In this document: positions 1 through 9,346 of the stretch, piece after piece | Layout of the letters: each line of letters opens with the position of its first letter | How positions within the stretch are numbered: position 1 is the first letter of the stretch | Assembly: GCA_965209015.1 (NCBI GenBank) | Contig: OZ242367.1 | Span: 1,280,865-1,344,864, forward strand | DNA length: 64,000 bases | Source: Rhodothermales bacterium | GTDB taxonomy: Bacteria; Bacteroidota; Rhodothermia; Rhodothermales; Bin80 | Reading direction: 5' to 3' | Program-made: the position numbers and the translations under genes | The notes under the pieces: model-generated | What the model was told of the DNA's origin: nothing | What the model saw: only the letters and a program-made list of their open reading frames with translations | Databases searched by the model: none

Positions 1-1
1 T

Positions 2-439
2 CTTGGAGCACAAGTGGAAGTGGGCGAGTCGATTGCACGTTTCTTGGACGAGCCAGAAATTGGAGATAGCTTTGAAATTTATGCGTGGGGGACCCTACGG
101 CCAACGCAACGAATGTCTATTCAGCCCAGACTTGCATATTCACGACTTTCTGAAAAGGAAACAGGCGAAGAACATTTCAGTGGATACATTGCACGTGTAC
201 GAATGAAGTACCAGTTTAGCCGGCGCTTTTTCTTGCGCACAGTGGTGCAATACAGTGATTTTTCAGAATCTCTTGAGATTGATCCCCTCTTGACCTACAA
301 GGTCAATGCATTTACAGCTCTTCATGTCGGTTCAACACATGATCTAGATCAGTTCACACGTATAGAAGGAGAGAGAAAGTATTTTCGACAGAGCAGTCGC
401 CAACTATTCTTTAAAGTCCAATATCTTTTTCGCAGATAA
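2..439 (+). CDS. 3' part of a gene cut by the window edge; DUF5916-like outer-membrane protein C-terminus (paralog of 24839..27145)
   Basis: Frame is open from base 2. The tail RFFLRTVVQYSDFSESLEIDPLLTYKVNAF...RQLFFKVQYLFRR aligns by eye with the C-terminus of the 768-aa ORF (STFLQYSTSADVVSANVRFRYNF...RTLFLKYTYTFIR). Confidence 0.5.
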   Translation, partial: LGAQVEVGESIARFLDEPEIGDSFEIYAWGTLRPTQRMSIQPRLAYSRLSEKETGEEHFSGYIARVRMKYQFSRRFFLRTVVQYSDFSESLEIDPLLTYKVNAFTALHVGSTHDLDQFTRIEGERKYFRQSSRQLFFKVQYLFRR

Positions 440-491
440 TTGTTTTATCGAAATTTGCGTCGTAAATTTCAGAAACCAAATTTATGATGCA

Positions 492-1811
492 ATGAAAAGA
501 CTCACAAATCGTAGAACATTTATCAAGACGGCTTCAGCTGGGGTGGCTGGTGTATCGTTGCTTGGGGCCTCTCGTGGGATCGCTGCTCCTTCCAATCGGT
601 TGACCGCGGCGGTGATGGGGGTCAACGGTCGAGGGGGCGTATTAGCCACATCTTTTGCCCGGGCAGAGGGCTGTGAAGTTACCCATATTTGTGATGTGGA
701 TGAGCGTGCAGTCGCCAATTCAATCCAGGAGGTCGCTCAGATCGGAAGTTCCCCTGTCGGGGTAGTGGATGTCCGCAACGTGTTGGAAAATCCTGATGTA
801 GATATTCTCGTCATTGCTGCGCCCGATCACTGGCAGACTCCGGCAGCGATCATGGCCATGGAGGCCGGGAAGCATGTCTACGTCGAAAAACCGGCTAGCC
901 ACAATCCTCATGAAGCAGAAATGCTGGTAGCAGCACAAGTTCGGTATGACCGGGTGGTACAAATGGGAAATCAGCAGCGTTCATCTCTTGAGTCAGCACA
1001 GATCATTGAAGCGATTAAGGAAGGAATCATTGGGCGGGCATACTTTGCACGGGCATGGTACGCAAACAGCCGCGGGTCCATAGGTCGTGGTCAACCTGCC
1101 GAAGTACCTGGCTGGCTAAATTATGATTTATGGCAGGGGCCCGCCCCCAGGATGCCCTATAAGGACAACATGATTCATTATAACTGGCACTGGTTCAGGC
1201 ATTGGGGTACCGGCGAGATATGCAATAATGGTACGCATGAGATTGATATTTGCAGATGGGCCCTCGGAGTAGATCACCCCGTCCGTGTTACTTCCTCCGG
1301 TGGCAGGTATCATTTTGATGACGATTGGGAATTTTTTGATACACAAATTGCCTCGTTTGATTTTGAAGGGGATAAGACCATTATCTGGGATGGTCGCAGT
1401 TGCAATTCATACCCTTTACATGACCGTGGTAGAGGGGCATCCATTCACGGCGAGCATGGAACGGTGATCCTTGATCGCAATGGATATATTGTCTATGATC
1501 AGGACAAGAAAGAGGTTTGGAAGCGCTCTCGTATCTCCTCTGGTGAATCTGCCATGGACGTTCGAGGAGGAGGAGGGTTGACCGATCGGCACATCATGAA
1601 TATGCTTCAGTCCATTCGTGATGGCGTCCCTCAGAATTCCCCCATTGATGATGCTCAGAAAAGCACGTTACTTTGCCACCTTGGTAATATTGCTCAGACT
1701 ACGGGGAGCGTACTTCATTGCAATCCTATGAATGGTCGAATTTTGAACGACGAAAATGCAATGGCTCATTGGGGACGCGAGTATGAGCCAGGTTGGGAAC
1801 CAAAGGTATAA
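492..1811 (+). CDS. Gfo/Idh/MocA family oxidoreductase with Tat signal peptide
   Basis: Twin-arginine leader NRRTFIKTASAGVAGVSLLGA. Rossmann motif VMGVNGRGG. VYVEKP motif typical of the family. 439 aa. Confidence 0.85.
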   Translation: MKRLTNRRTFIKTASAGVAGVSLLGASRGIAAPSNRLTAAVMGVNGRGGVLATSFARAEGCEVTHICDVDERAVANSIQEVAQIGSSPVGVVDVRNVLENPDVDILVIAAPDHWQTPAAIMAMEAGKHVYVEKPASHNPHEAEMLVAAQVRYDRVVQMGNQQRSSLESAQIIEAIKEGIIGRAYFARAWYANSRGSIGRGQPAEVPGWLNYDLWQGPAPRMPYKDNMIHYNWHWFRHWGTGEICNNGTHEIDICRWALGVDHPVRVTSSGGRYHFDDDWEFFDTQIASFDFEGDKTIIWDGRSCNSYPLHDRGRGASIHGEHGTVILDRNGYIVYDQDKKEVWKRSRISSGESAMDVRGGGGLTDRHIMNMLQSIRDGVPQNSPIDDAQKSTLLCHLGNIAQTTGSVLHCNPMNGRILNDENAMAHWGREYEPGWEPKV

Positions 1812-1833
1812 TCACTGACTCACCAAAAGGAAA

Positions 1834-3159
1834 ATGAATCGGCGAAATTTTATCAGAACAGGGGGTGCCGCTGCAGCAGGAGGACTCTTCGTTCGTTCCA
1901 GAACAGCACCGACTCAGAAAATGAAGGTTGCGCTTGTTGGAACTGGATCGCGTGGTACTGGAATGTGGGGACGAGCGATCGTAAATGATTATGCAGACGA
2001 AGTTGAGTTTGTGGGCTTATGTGATCATAATCCAGGTCGGCTGGAATATGCCAAAGAATATATTGGAGTCAATTGTCCAACCTTTGCAAATTTTGACGAG
2101 ATGATTCTTAAGACTCAGCCCGATAAGGTCATCGTAACAACCATGGACTCTACCCATCATAAGTTCATTGTTCGGGCGATGGAGATGGGGTGTGATGTTG
2201 TGACGGAGAAGCCCATGACCACAGATGCAGAGAAGGTTCAGGCAATTCTTGACACTCAATCTATCACGCGTAAGAACGTGACGGTCACATTTAACTACCG
2301 GTATTCCCCTAACCGTCAGCGGATGAAAGACTTGCTGATGAATAATCGAATTGGCAAGATCACGTCAGTTGATTTTCATTGGTACCTGGATGTCTATCAT
2401 GGTGCAGACTATTTTCGGCGCTGGCATGGTAGGGAGCGCTTTGGAGGGACACTGTTCGTACATAAGGCAACCCATCATTTTGATCTCTTAAATTGGTGGT
2501 TAGAGTCTGAGCCTGAGGAGGTATTTGCCTTGGGTGCTCTGGAACGCTATGGACATAATAATCCATTTCGCCATACCAACTGCAGAAATTGTCCTCATAG
2601 CAATGAATGCGTTCATTATTGGGATATCACAAAGAGTCAGCGGAATATGGATCTGTATGTTGCGAATGAGCAATATGACGGCTATCTGCGGGATGGATGC
2701 GTATGGCGTGAGGACATAGACATCTACGACAAGATGAGTGCGCAAATTAAATACGCGAATGGGACTCATGTAAATTATTCATGCACAACTTATTCTCCTT
2801 ATGAAGGATATCGGATTGCATTTAATGGAACGGAGGGTAGACTTGAATCATGGATTCAGGAACGTCAACCATGGCCGAAGGAACCATTCGATACGATTCG
2901 TATCACAGATAATTTTGGACAGACCGAGATCATTGAAATTCCACACGGTGACGGTGGTCATGGGGGAGGAGACACAAGACTAAAAGACCGTATTTTCAGA
3001 GATGAAAACGCTCCTGATCCCTATCGTCAAGCAGCGGGATCAAGAGACGGTGCAATGTCAGTTCTGATCGGGGTTGCGGCAAGGGAAAGTGTCAAAACGG
3101 GGGAGCCGGTCCGAATTGAGTCACTCACTTCACTAAAGCCCCGTGCCATAAGGCCATAA
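1834..3159 (+). CDS. Gfo/Idh/MocA family oxidoreductase with Tat signal peptide
   Basis: Leader MNRRNFIRTGGAAAAGG. VGTGSRGTGMW dinucleotide fold. VVTEKPM motif. Lies 22 nt after the previous gene. Confidence 0.8.
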   Translation: MNRRNFIRTGGAAAAGGLFVRSRTAPTQKMKVALVGTGSRGTGMWGRAIVNDYADEVEFVGLCDHNPGRLEYAKEYIGVNCPTFANFDEMILKTQPDKVIVTTMDSTHHKFIVRAMEMGCDVVTEKPMTTDAEKVQAILDTQSITRKNVTVTFNYRYSPNRQRMKDLLMNNRIGKITSVDFHWYLDVYHGADYFRRWHGRERFGGTLFVHKATHHFDLLNWWLESEPEEVFALGALERYGHNNPFRHTNCRNCPHSNECVHYWDITKSQRNMDLYVANEQYDGYLRDGCVWREDIDIYDKMSAQIKYANGTHVNYSCTTYSPYEGYRIAFNGTEGRLESWIQERQPWPKEPFDTIRITDNFGQTEIIEIPHGDGGHGGGDTRLKDRIFRDENAPDPYRQAAGSRDGAMSVLIGVAARESVKTGEPVRIESLTSLKPRAIRP

Positions 3160-3185
3160 CTGTCAGACTTAACTCATCGCGAATC

Positions 3186-3593
3186 ATGCTTAGAGTAAAT
3201 TATTTCCCGATTTTTCTTTTCAGTTGTTTTCTTGGTGCTTGTGCATCATATGGTGGGCTTACATCTACGGAGACCGCCAGCCCTGTCATGGGTAGTTGGG
3301 ATTATACCGTTGAAAGTCCCGACGGTATTTTTACGGGTAAATTTTTGATCTCGGAGGGAGAGTATGGTCATAAGTTAGTATTTACCTCGGATGAAGAGGA
3401 TACTGAACCTATTCAGGCAGAAGCCGTCCAGTTTGATTCAGAGACCCAAATGCTCACATTTGAATTCGATAATCAGGACTATGGTCGGATGGAAGTTTCT
3501 CTTACTCTTCATGAGGGAGGAATGAATGGGATATTACATTCTGTCCAGTTTGGTGTTGATGCTCCATTGACCGCAACACGTACAGGTCAATAG
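3186..3593 (+). CDS. hypothetical lipoprotein
   Basis: Signal peptide with lipobox FLFSCFLGAC. No recognisable catalytic motif. Confidence 0.6.
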   Translation: MLRVNYFPIFLFSCFLGACASYGGLTSTETASPVMGSWDYTVESPDGIFTGKFLISEGEYGHKLVFTSDEEDTEPIQAEAVQFDSETQMLTFEFDNQDYGRMEVSLTLHEGGMNGILHSVQFGVDAPLTATRTGQ

Positions 3594-3602
3594 GTCATAT
3601 GC

Positions 3603-3881
3603 ATGTATGGTCTAGTTGGTAAACAGGTTCGTGTGCATCTTTATACGCATGATGGAATTGTACTGGGAGCCATCACCGGACGGGTTGCGGATGTCGCTGC
3701 CAAGGTAGAGGTGGCGCCAGGAATGAAAAAGGATCTTGCATTGGTGGTGGACATAGAGATAGTGGAAGGGGAATCATCCATCTATACCAATAGCAGTGGA
3801 GAGGATCATGAAGGATGGTTTGCCATTCAGGATATTGAAGTTATAGATGATGAGGCGGTTCCTGGTTGGTCAAGGAATTGA
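3603..3881 (+). CDS. hypothetical protein (92 aa)
   Basis: ORF lies 9 nt after the lipoprotein gene on the same strand. No recognisable domain. Confidence 0.45.
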   Translation: MYGLVGKQVRVHLYTHDGIVLGAITGRVADVAAKVEVAPGMKKDLALVVDIEIVEGESSIYTNSSGEDHEGWFAIQDIEVIDDEAVPGWSRN

Positions 3882-4089
3882 GTCTGCCGGTTGGTCTTGA
3901 TTCAAGAAAATTGATGCTCTCGTCTCTTCGTTCGGAGCGAATGATGAGGGTAAGTCTTTTGGGTAATGATGTATTAAAAGTGCTTTCTCTTCGGCACTTG
4001 GATTTTGATCAGAGGAAATCGGGATGTGACCGTACGCCATATCATGGATACACTGGTTCACTGTGTTGAATATTGAATTCCTCAGTGAG

Positions 4090-5226
4090 CTAACATTGAT
4101 TCAGAGACTGTTCAAAGTCATGAATCAAATCCATCCGATCTTCTATCCCAACAGAAATACGAAGAAGGTCATCACGAATGCCTGCCTTCTTTCGCTCATC
4201 AGCAGAGAGCCCAATATGTGAACTAATTGCTGGGCGGGTCATGAGCGACTCAATTCCACCCAAACTTGGCGCATAAACTGGGATCTCGAGGTGCTCAATC
4301 AAGTTCTCGGTAGCCTCGAGGCCTCCTTTCAGTTCTAGACTCAACATTCCACTATAGCCTTTGAAGAGTTGGGTAGCCCGTTGATGTTGTGGATGGGATG
4401 TAAGTCCGGGATAATAAACATGTGCGACTGCATGGTGAGCATCAAGAAATTTAGCCAGAGCAAGTCCATTGGCATTATGCTGCCGCATCCGCAAAGCGAG
4501 TGTTTGAATTCCACGGTGTAATAAAAAACAGGCGTGAGGATCCAGAGAACTTCCGAGAGAGGATAAATTCTTTCCTGCCTTACGGACCCAGTCTCCGTTC
4601 CCTATGATCACGCCAGCTAAGAGATCAGAATGTCCATTCAGATATTTACTGGCGCTGTGCAATGAAAGATCAAATCCAGCATTTGCGGCCCGATAGTTGA
4701 ATGGGGTAGCAAATGTATTATCAATCAATGATACCAACTGATTCGCTTGGGCAAATTCGACAATCCCCTCAAGATCAGCTACTTGGAGCAGTGGGTTCGC
4801 GATAGATTCAACATAGATCGCACGTGTATTCGCCTGTAAGAGAGAATCCCAAGAGTTCGGGGCATCTGCCTCAATGAAAGAGATACTGATTCCAAGCTCA
4901 GCCAGCAAGGTATGAATGAATTTATGAGTTCCTCCATAGAGACTATTTTGGATGAGGAGGTGCTCACCCGGTTTCAGTACGGATAGGATGGCTGCACTAA
5001 TTGCACCCATTCCGCTGGAAGTTACCAGAGCCTCATCTGCACCTTCCAAGATTGCAAGTTTCCGATTGAGGACGGTTTGGTTTGGAGTGTTATTGTAGCG
5101 GAGATATCTCATGGGTGCATCGTCATGCTCAAACATGGTCGTTTGAAAAATTGGCATTCGGATGGATCCCTCAACTCGGTCACCTTCTCCTGCATGGATC
5201 AGTTGTGTATCAATGGAATGGGGCAT
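4090..5226 (-). CDS. Cys/Met-metabolism PLP-dependent enzyme (cystathionine gamma-synthase / beta-lyase / methionine gamma-lyase family)
   Basis: PLP-lysine motif SASKYLNGHSDLLAGV (compare E. coli MetB SCTKYLNGHSDVVAGV). 378 aa. The N-terminus DTQLIHAGE is typical of the family. Confidence 0.85.
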   Translation of the reverse strand: MPHSIDTQLIHAGEGDRVEGSIRMPIFQTTMFEHDDAPMRYLRYNNTPNQTVLNRKLAILEGADEALVTSSGMGAISAAILSVLKPGEHLLIQNSLYGGTHKFIHTLLAELGISISFIEADAPNSWDSLLQANTRAIYVESIANPLLQVADLEGIVEFAQANQLVSLIDNTFATPFNYRAANAGFDLSLHSASKYLNGHSDLLAGVIIGNGDWVRKAGKNLSSLGSSLDPHACFLLHRGIQTLALRMRQHNANGLALAKFLDAHHAVAHVYYPGLTSHPQHQRATQLFKGYSGMLSLELKGGLEATENLIEHLEIPVYAPSLGGIESLMTRPAISSHIGLSADERKKAGIRDDLLRISVGIEDRMDLIHDFEQSLNQC

Positions 5227-5533
5227 AAGTCAGATTGGTTGGATGGGGCTTGTATTTTCGTTCATTTTACAGAGTCTCAAAGTTCAACTACCGAAGCGCG
5301 GTTATGTGGACTAACATATTCATCTGGCTTCTGGTGGAATGCTATGTTTCACATTCCTCAACATCGAATAAATGAAAGCTGATCAATGATACTATGGCTC
5401 CACCGGTAGACTTATCTCCTTAGGTGGCCCAGACCATAAATGTAATCTTTGGATACATTTATCGGGGAGGCAAGACGGCGGGCAAAAGTTTCAGACGTAA
5501 ATTATAGTGAAGGGGTATATATGAGGACTACAA

Positions 5534-5565
5534 TGAGAATCTCGGGTCTTCAGCTTTTTAGGTGG
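5534..5565. repeat. ISL3 left terminal inverted repeat
   Basis: Hand alignment with the reverse complement of 6923..6954. Confidence 0.6.
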
Positions 5566-5682
5566 CTAAGGTGCCAAAATTGGGATGAACGTCTATGGGA
5601 AGAATTAGGTTCGGAATCAATTTTCATGTTAAATTTAGTCTGTTTTGCGGGTACACTTTAACCACAATCAATCTATCTACTC

Positions 5683-6141
5683 ATGTCTCTGCGTATTCAA
5701 GGGCTTAGTCATTTAATTGGGATTGACACGAACTGGGAGGTCACGGAGGTCACCCAAGATCGCGAGTTGATGCGGGCCGAGATCCATGTTACCTATCCAA
5801 AGGATTTGGTCCTACGTTGTCCTGAGTGTGGGAAAGCCTGTCCAGAGTATGACCATCGTCGTCGGAAGTGGCGTCACACCCGGATCTGTGCTTATCAGAC
5901 CGAAGTGGTTGCGAATGTTCCCCGTGTGAAGTGTTCGGAACATGGGATCAAGACGGTATCGGTGCCATGGGCAGAAGCACGAATGCAGTATACGTTCGGG
6001 TTTGAGGCGCGCGTAATTGACTGGTTAAAGGATACCAACAGTATCTCAACAGTAGCTACTCGGACAGGTGCGAGTTGGAGGATGATCTCCAACATCTTGG
6101 AGCGTGCGGTAAAACGTGGGCTTGTCCATAGAAAAGATTGA
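5683..6141 (+). CDS. ISL3 transposase, N-terminal part (zinc-finger / HTH region), truncated by frameshift
   Basis: CPECGKAC...C..H zinc-ribbon as in zf-ISL3. Ends ...ERAVKRGLVHRKD* where ISL3 transposases normally continue. Confidence 0.8.
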   Translation: MSLRIQGLSHLIGIDTNWEVTEVTQDRELMRAEIHVTYPKDLVLRCPECGKACPEYDHRRRKWRHTRICAYQTEVVANVPRVKCSEHGIKTVSVPWAEARMQYTFGFEARVIDWLKDTNSISTVATRTGASWRMISNILERAVKRGLVHRKD

Positions 6142-6904
6142 ACCTATCTGTGTAGATGAAATTTCCGTTAGAAAAGGACACAATTACTTTATGGTGGTGG
6201 GGAATCCGATGAAAGGGACTGTGCTGTATGTTTTTGATGAGAATAAGAAAGGGAGTCTTGAAAGCTATTATGCTCAGTGTTCTTCTACGCAGTTGTCCGA
6301 CCTGAAAAGCGTGAGTATGGACATGTGGCCTGCATACATCCACGCCATGATTGACTGGGTTCCTGGACCATTCTCAAAGATCGCATTTGATCGCTTTCAT
6401 GTCGCCAAAAAGATTGGAGACGCGGTGGATAAAGTTCGGAAACAGGAGAACCGAGAATTGCGGAAACGAGGGGTTCTGGACCTCACAGGAATCAAGTATG
6501 TCTGGCTAACGAATCTGATGAATATGTCGGACAAACAAAAGATCCTGTTCAAAGAGTTAAAGAATAGTTCGCCGAAAACCGCTCGTGCATGGGCAATCAA
6601 AGACCTATCCCAGAAGCTCTGGACCTATAAAAGTCGAACGTGGGCACGCAAAGGTTGGAAGCGATGGATCAATTGGGCCAGGCGATGCAACCTTGCTCCC
6701 ATGACTAAGGTGGCCGAAACCGTGGATCAACATCTATGGGGGATCGTCAATGCTATCCTTCTTCGGGTCAGCAATGGGCCAGCGGAAAGTCTCAATAGTC
6801 GGATCAAAAACGTCAAAGTCCGTGCGAGAGGATACCGGAATAAGATACGGTTTGCCAATGCGATTTACTTCTATCTCGGGGGATTGGATTTGTATCCAGA
6901 GTAG
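6116..6904 (+). CDS. ISL3 transposase, C-terminal DDE part (in +1 frame relative to 5683..6141)
   Basis: ICVDEISVRKGHNYFMVV (first D region), DMWPAY, NGPAESLNSRIK (E region) are typical DDE_Tnp_ISL3 motifs. No own ATG; the track start is GTG. Confidence 0.8.
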   Translation: MGLSIEKIEPICVDEISVRKGHNYFMVVGNPMKGTVLYVFDENKKGSLESYYAQCSSTQLSDLKSVSMDMWPAYIHAMIDWVPGPFSKIAFDRFHVAKKIGDAVDKVRKQENRELRKRGVLDLTGIKYVWLTNLMNMSDKQKILFKELKNSSPKTARAWAIKDLSQKLWTYKSRTWARKGWKRWINWARRCNLAPMTKVAETVDQHLWGIVNAILLRVSNGPAESLNSRIKNVKVRARGYRNKIRFANAIYFYLGGLDLYPE

Positions 6905-6922
6905 GCTACCAAAAACACTCAA

Positions 6923-6954
6923 CCCATTCTTAAAACTGTAGACCCAGAATCTCA
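6923..6954. repeat. ISL3 right terminal inverted repeat
   Basis: Hand alignment with 5534..5565. Confidence 0.6.
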
Positions 6955-7275
6955 AGCTTTGCAGTTGGACCAAATTTGCTCATCAGCTTCTGGAATTCAT
7001 AAAGTTGAATGAACAGGATTCATGATATCCTATGCAAATGATAGTCACAAAGATTCCCTTTAACGAGGGACTACATCACAGGGAAAGTAGCACCACGGCA
7101 TGATCAAATTGTAGGAAAATTTGCAAAATTTGACACTATTGCCTTTATTAGGGTTAAGTCCTATTCAACATGAACCGCAAACAACGAAAGAACATTATCA
7201 TCGCACTCACAATACTTGCGAGTGTGGTAGCTGCTCTAACCCTCCTGATTCAGCTCAGTAGCTGATTCAACACAC

Positions 7276-7977
7276 TTATAGGGAGGATTTTAAGACAAAC
7301 TCAGGAAACTGATCCTCATCCTCGTCATCATCTAAGAAGGGATAGATGCCTTTCAGAAGATCTTGAAGTTTAGTACGTCCACGATTGATCCGACTTTTAA
7401 CTGTTCCCATGGGTAAGCCGGTGATGATCGCAATTTCCTCGTAGCTGAGCTGCTGGATATCACGTAGAATCACAACTTCGCGAAAATGGTCTGGCAGTGC
7501 GAGAAGTCCCATTTGGATATAGTGATCCTGAATCGAACTTTCCGCATGTTTGTCGGGAGAGAATGTCTCATCGGGCAGGGGCATTTCGAATTCCTCTCCA
7601 TCGCGGTTGAACGATTGAATAGAGTCCATGCGCCGCCTGCTACGCTTACGATACTCTGTTTTTGCCAAGTTTCCCGCAATCGTGTAGAGCCAAGTGGAGA
7701 ACTTAGCAATCCGTTTGTAGGAATGTCGGTTGCGATACACACGTAGGAATGTTTCCTGAATGAGATCTTCACAGGCTTTTTTGTCACCGGTGAACCGGTA
7801 AAGGAAATTCACTAACGGCCCTGTCCAACGCTCCCATAGGATATTATAAGCCTCTACCACACCTGCCTGGAAATGCTCCATCAGGTCTTCATCAGACATA
7901 TCTTGCAGAGCGTCAAAGCGACTCAAGACAGTACGCCGTCTGGAATCCTTTCGAATGATGCGTGTAATTTGCTTCAC
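7276..7977 (-). CDS. RNA polymerase sigma factor, sigma-70/ECF-like family (long form, 233 aa), paralog 1
   Basis: Region 2 (DLIQETFLRVYRNRHSY...FSTWLYTIAGNLA) and region 4 (REVVILRDIQQLSYEEIAIITGLPMGTVKSRINRGR). GTG start. Confidence 0.85.
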   Translation of the reverse strand: MKQITRIIRKDSRRRTVLSRFDALQDMSDEDLMEHFQAGVVEAYNILWERWTGPLVNFLYRFTGDKKACEDLIQETFLRVYRNRHSYKRIAKFSTWLYTIAGNLAKTEYRKRSRRRMDSIQSFNRDGEEFEMPLPDETFSPDKHAESSIQDHYIQMGLLALPDHFREVVILRDIQQLSYEEIAIITGLPMGTVKSRINRGRTKLQDLLKGIYPFLDDDEDEDQFPEFVLKSSL

Positions 7978-8298
7978 AACAATAATGATCTAGTTTATTT
8001 TGTATACAGTCCAACCCACGACACTATACGTATCCGATATACACTTGGTTACAGCAGCAGACATAACGAACGAGAACCACACAACATTGTGTAGTCTCAA
8101 GATGTCTCTTCTATTTTTCAGGAATCAGCGGGGGTATTGAATATTAATTCAAAGGACACGAATTTGCCTTAAGATACGAAATAATTTACCTAACTGCACA
8201 TTCTACCCCTTAAATACGGCTGCTGTGGAGGGAGGTGGGAGTGGTCACAATTGGGGAGATGCATGTTCTTGATGATCAGCATGATTTCTTAGGATTGA

Positions 8299-8628
8299 TC
8301 AATCACACGGACACATTGCTCGCAAGCGCGCCCAAGTGAATATGCCGCTATTGTGTCCATCATCCCAGTGCAGTCGCAACCCTACACTACCAGCCACTTC
8401 CGCCTTAACATTATCCCAACGCATCAAGGCGGGGAGGCGAAATATTTCGGGATCGGGAAGCTCATGCATCTTTTCGTGTCCTTGACACCCAGCACACGGA
8501 CAGGCACGCCGCAAACCATCTAAGGGAAAGGTACAATGATGCCCATCAGACCATTGGATTCTAAGAATCTGAGAATCTTTCTTAATCGTAACGCGCTGAC
8601 AGAAGAGTTCAGCAGGAAGCTCATTCAT
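8299..8628 (-). CDS. DUF971 (GBBH-like N-terminal) Cys-rich zinc-binding-type protein
   Basis: Two half-repeats IQWSDGHH...CPCAGCQGH and LHWDDGHNSGIF...CPCD. Its start overlaps the stop of the upstream sigma gene as ATGA. Confidence 0.75.
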   Translation of the reverse strand: MNELPAELFCQRVTIKKDSQILRIQWSDGHHCTFPLDGLRRACPCAGCQGHEKMHELPDPEIFRLPALMRWDNVKAEVAGSVGLRLHWDDGHNSGIFTWARLRAMCPCD

Positions 8629-9338
8629 TTCAAAACTCTGTATTGGCCGGGATTACTATGTACGCTCATAGAGATAGGATCAGATTCTTCATCAAATGGA
8701 TAAATATCTTTCAATAAATGCTGGAGCTTATTACGTCCGCGATTAATCCTGCTTTTTACAGTACCCATAGGAAGTCCAGTGATCTCAGCGATCTCGCCAT
8801 AGGCAAGTTGCTGAATATCTCGGAGAATAATTACCTCTCTGAAGCTAGATGATAATCCCTGAAGAGCATCCAAAATGTATTGCCCTTGTAGAGAACTCTC
8901 GGCATGTTTATCGGGGAGAAAGGTTTCATCTGGTAGAGGCATCTCATACTCTTCGCTATCTCTACTCACCGATTGGATAGAATACATATGCCTACGTTTC
9001 AGTTTGCGGTACTCACTCCGGGCGAGGTTGCCCGCAATCGTGTAGAGCCAAGTGGAAAATTTTGCGATCCGTTGATAGGAATGCCGATTTCGGTGCACGC
9101 GTAGGAATGTTTCTTGGAGTAGGTCTTCGCAGCGTTTTTTATCTCCCATGAATCCGTACAAGTAATGCATCAAGCGATTGCTGTACCGATCCACCAAAAT
9201 ATTGTACGCCTCCACAGTGCCAGCCTGAAAAAGCTCCATAAGGTCTTCATCCACCATTTTATCCAGCGTATCAAAGCGGCTGAGAGCTGTCGCACGGCGG
9301 TGCTGGTTTCTACGTACTATGCGAGATATTTTTGGCAA
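8625..9338 (-). CDS. RNA polymerase sigma factor, sigma-70/ECF-like family (237 aa), paralog 2
   Basis: 134 of 179 aligned core residues are identical to paralog 1 (hand count). Shares nucleotide strings such as CGCAATCGTGTAGAGCCAAGTGGA. TTG start in the ORF track. Confidence 0.85.
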   Translation of the reverse strand: MPKISRIVRRNQHRRATALSRFDTLDKMVDEDLMELFQAGTVEAYNILVDRYSNRLMHYLYGFMGDKKRCEDLLQETFLRVHRNRHSYQRIAKFSTWLYTIAGNLARSEYRKLKRRHMYSIQSVSRDSEEYEMPLPDETFLPDKHAESSLQGQYILDALQGLSSSFREVIILRDIQQLAYGEIAEITGLPMGTVKSRINRGRNKLQHLLKDIYPFDEESDPISMSVHSNPGQYRVLK

Positions 9339-9346
9339 AGTGTCAC

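Larger units (their letters stand above)
5534..6954 (+). mobile_element. ISL3-family insertion sequence (~1.42 kb) with imperfect ~30-bp terminal inverted repeats; transposase interrupted by a frameshift
   Basis: Left end TGAGAATCTCGGGTCTTCAGCTTTTTAGG versus reverse complement of right end TGAGATTCTGGGTCTACAGTTTTAAG (about 27 of 33 aligned positions, hand-aligned). The internal ORFs have the ISL3 zinc-finger plus DDE layout. No 8-bp target duplication found. Confidence 0.75.

Noticed and set aside
5227-5533. SAM-I (S-box) riboswitch upstream of the Cys/Met PLP enzyme gene.
   Set aside because: I read the minus-strand leader and did not find the CTTATCAAGAG...GAGGGA...AGATAAG framework. Part of the leader is also displaced by the IS element.
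5449-5661. 70-aa ORF crossing the left end of the IS element.
   Set aside because: It spans the IS terminal repeat and flanking DNA, so it cannot be an ancestral gene. It has no motif.
6116-6141. Programmed ribosomal frameshift in the ISL3 transposase.
   Set aside because: The frame change needed is +1, not -1. There is no A-AAA-AAG-type slippery heptamer in the overlap. ISL3 elements are not known to use frameshifting. A mutation or sequencing indel is more likely.
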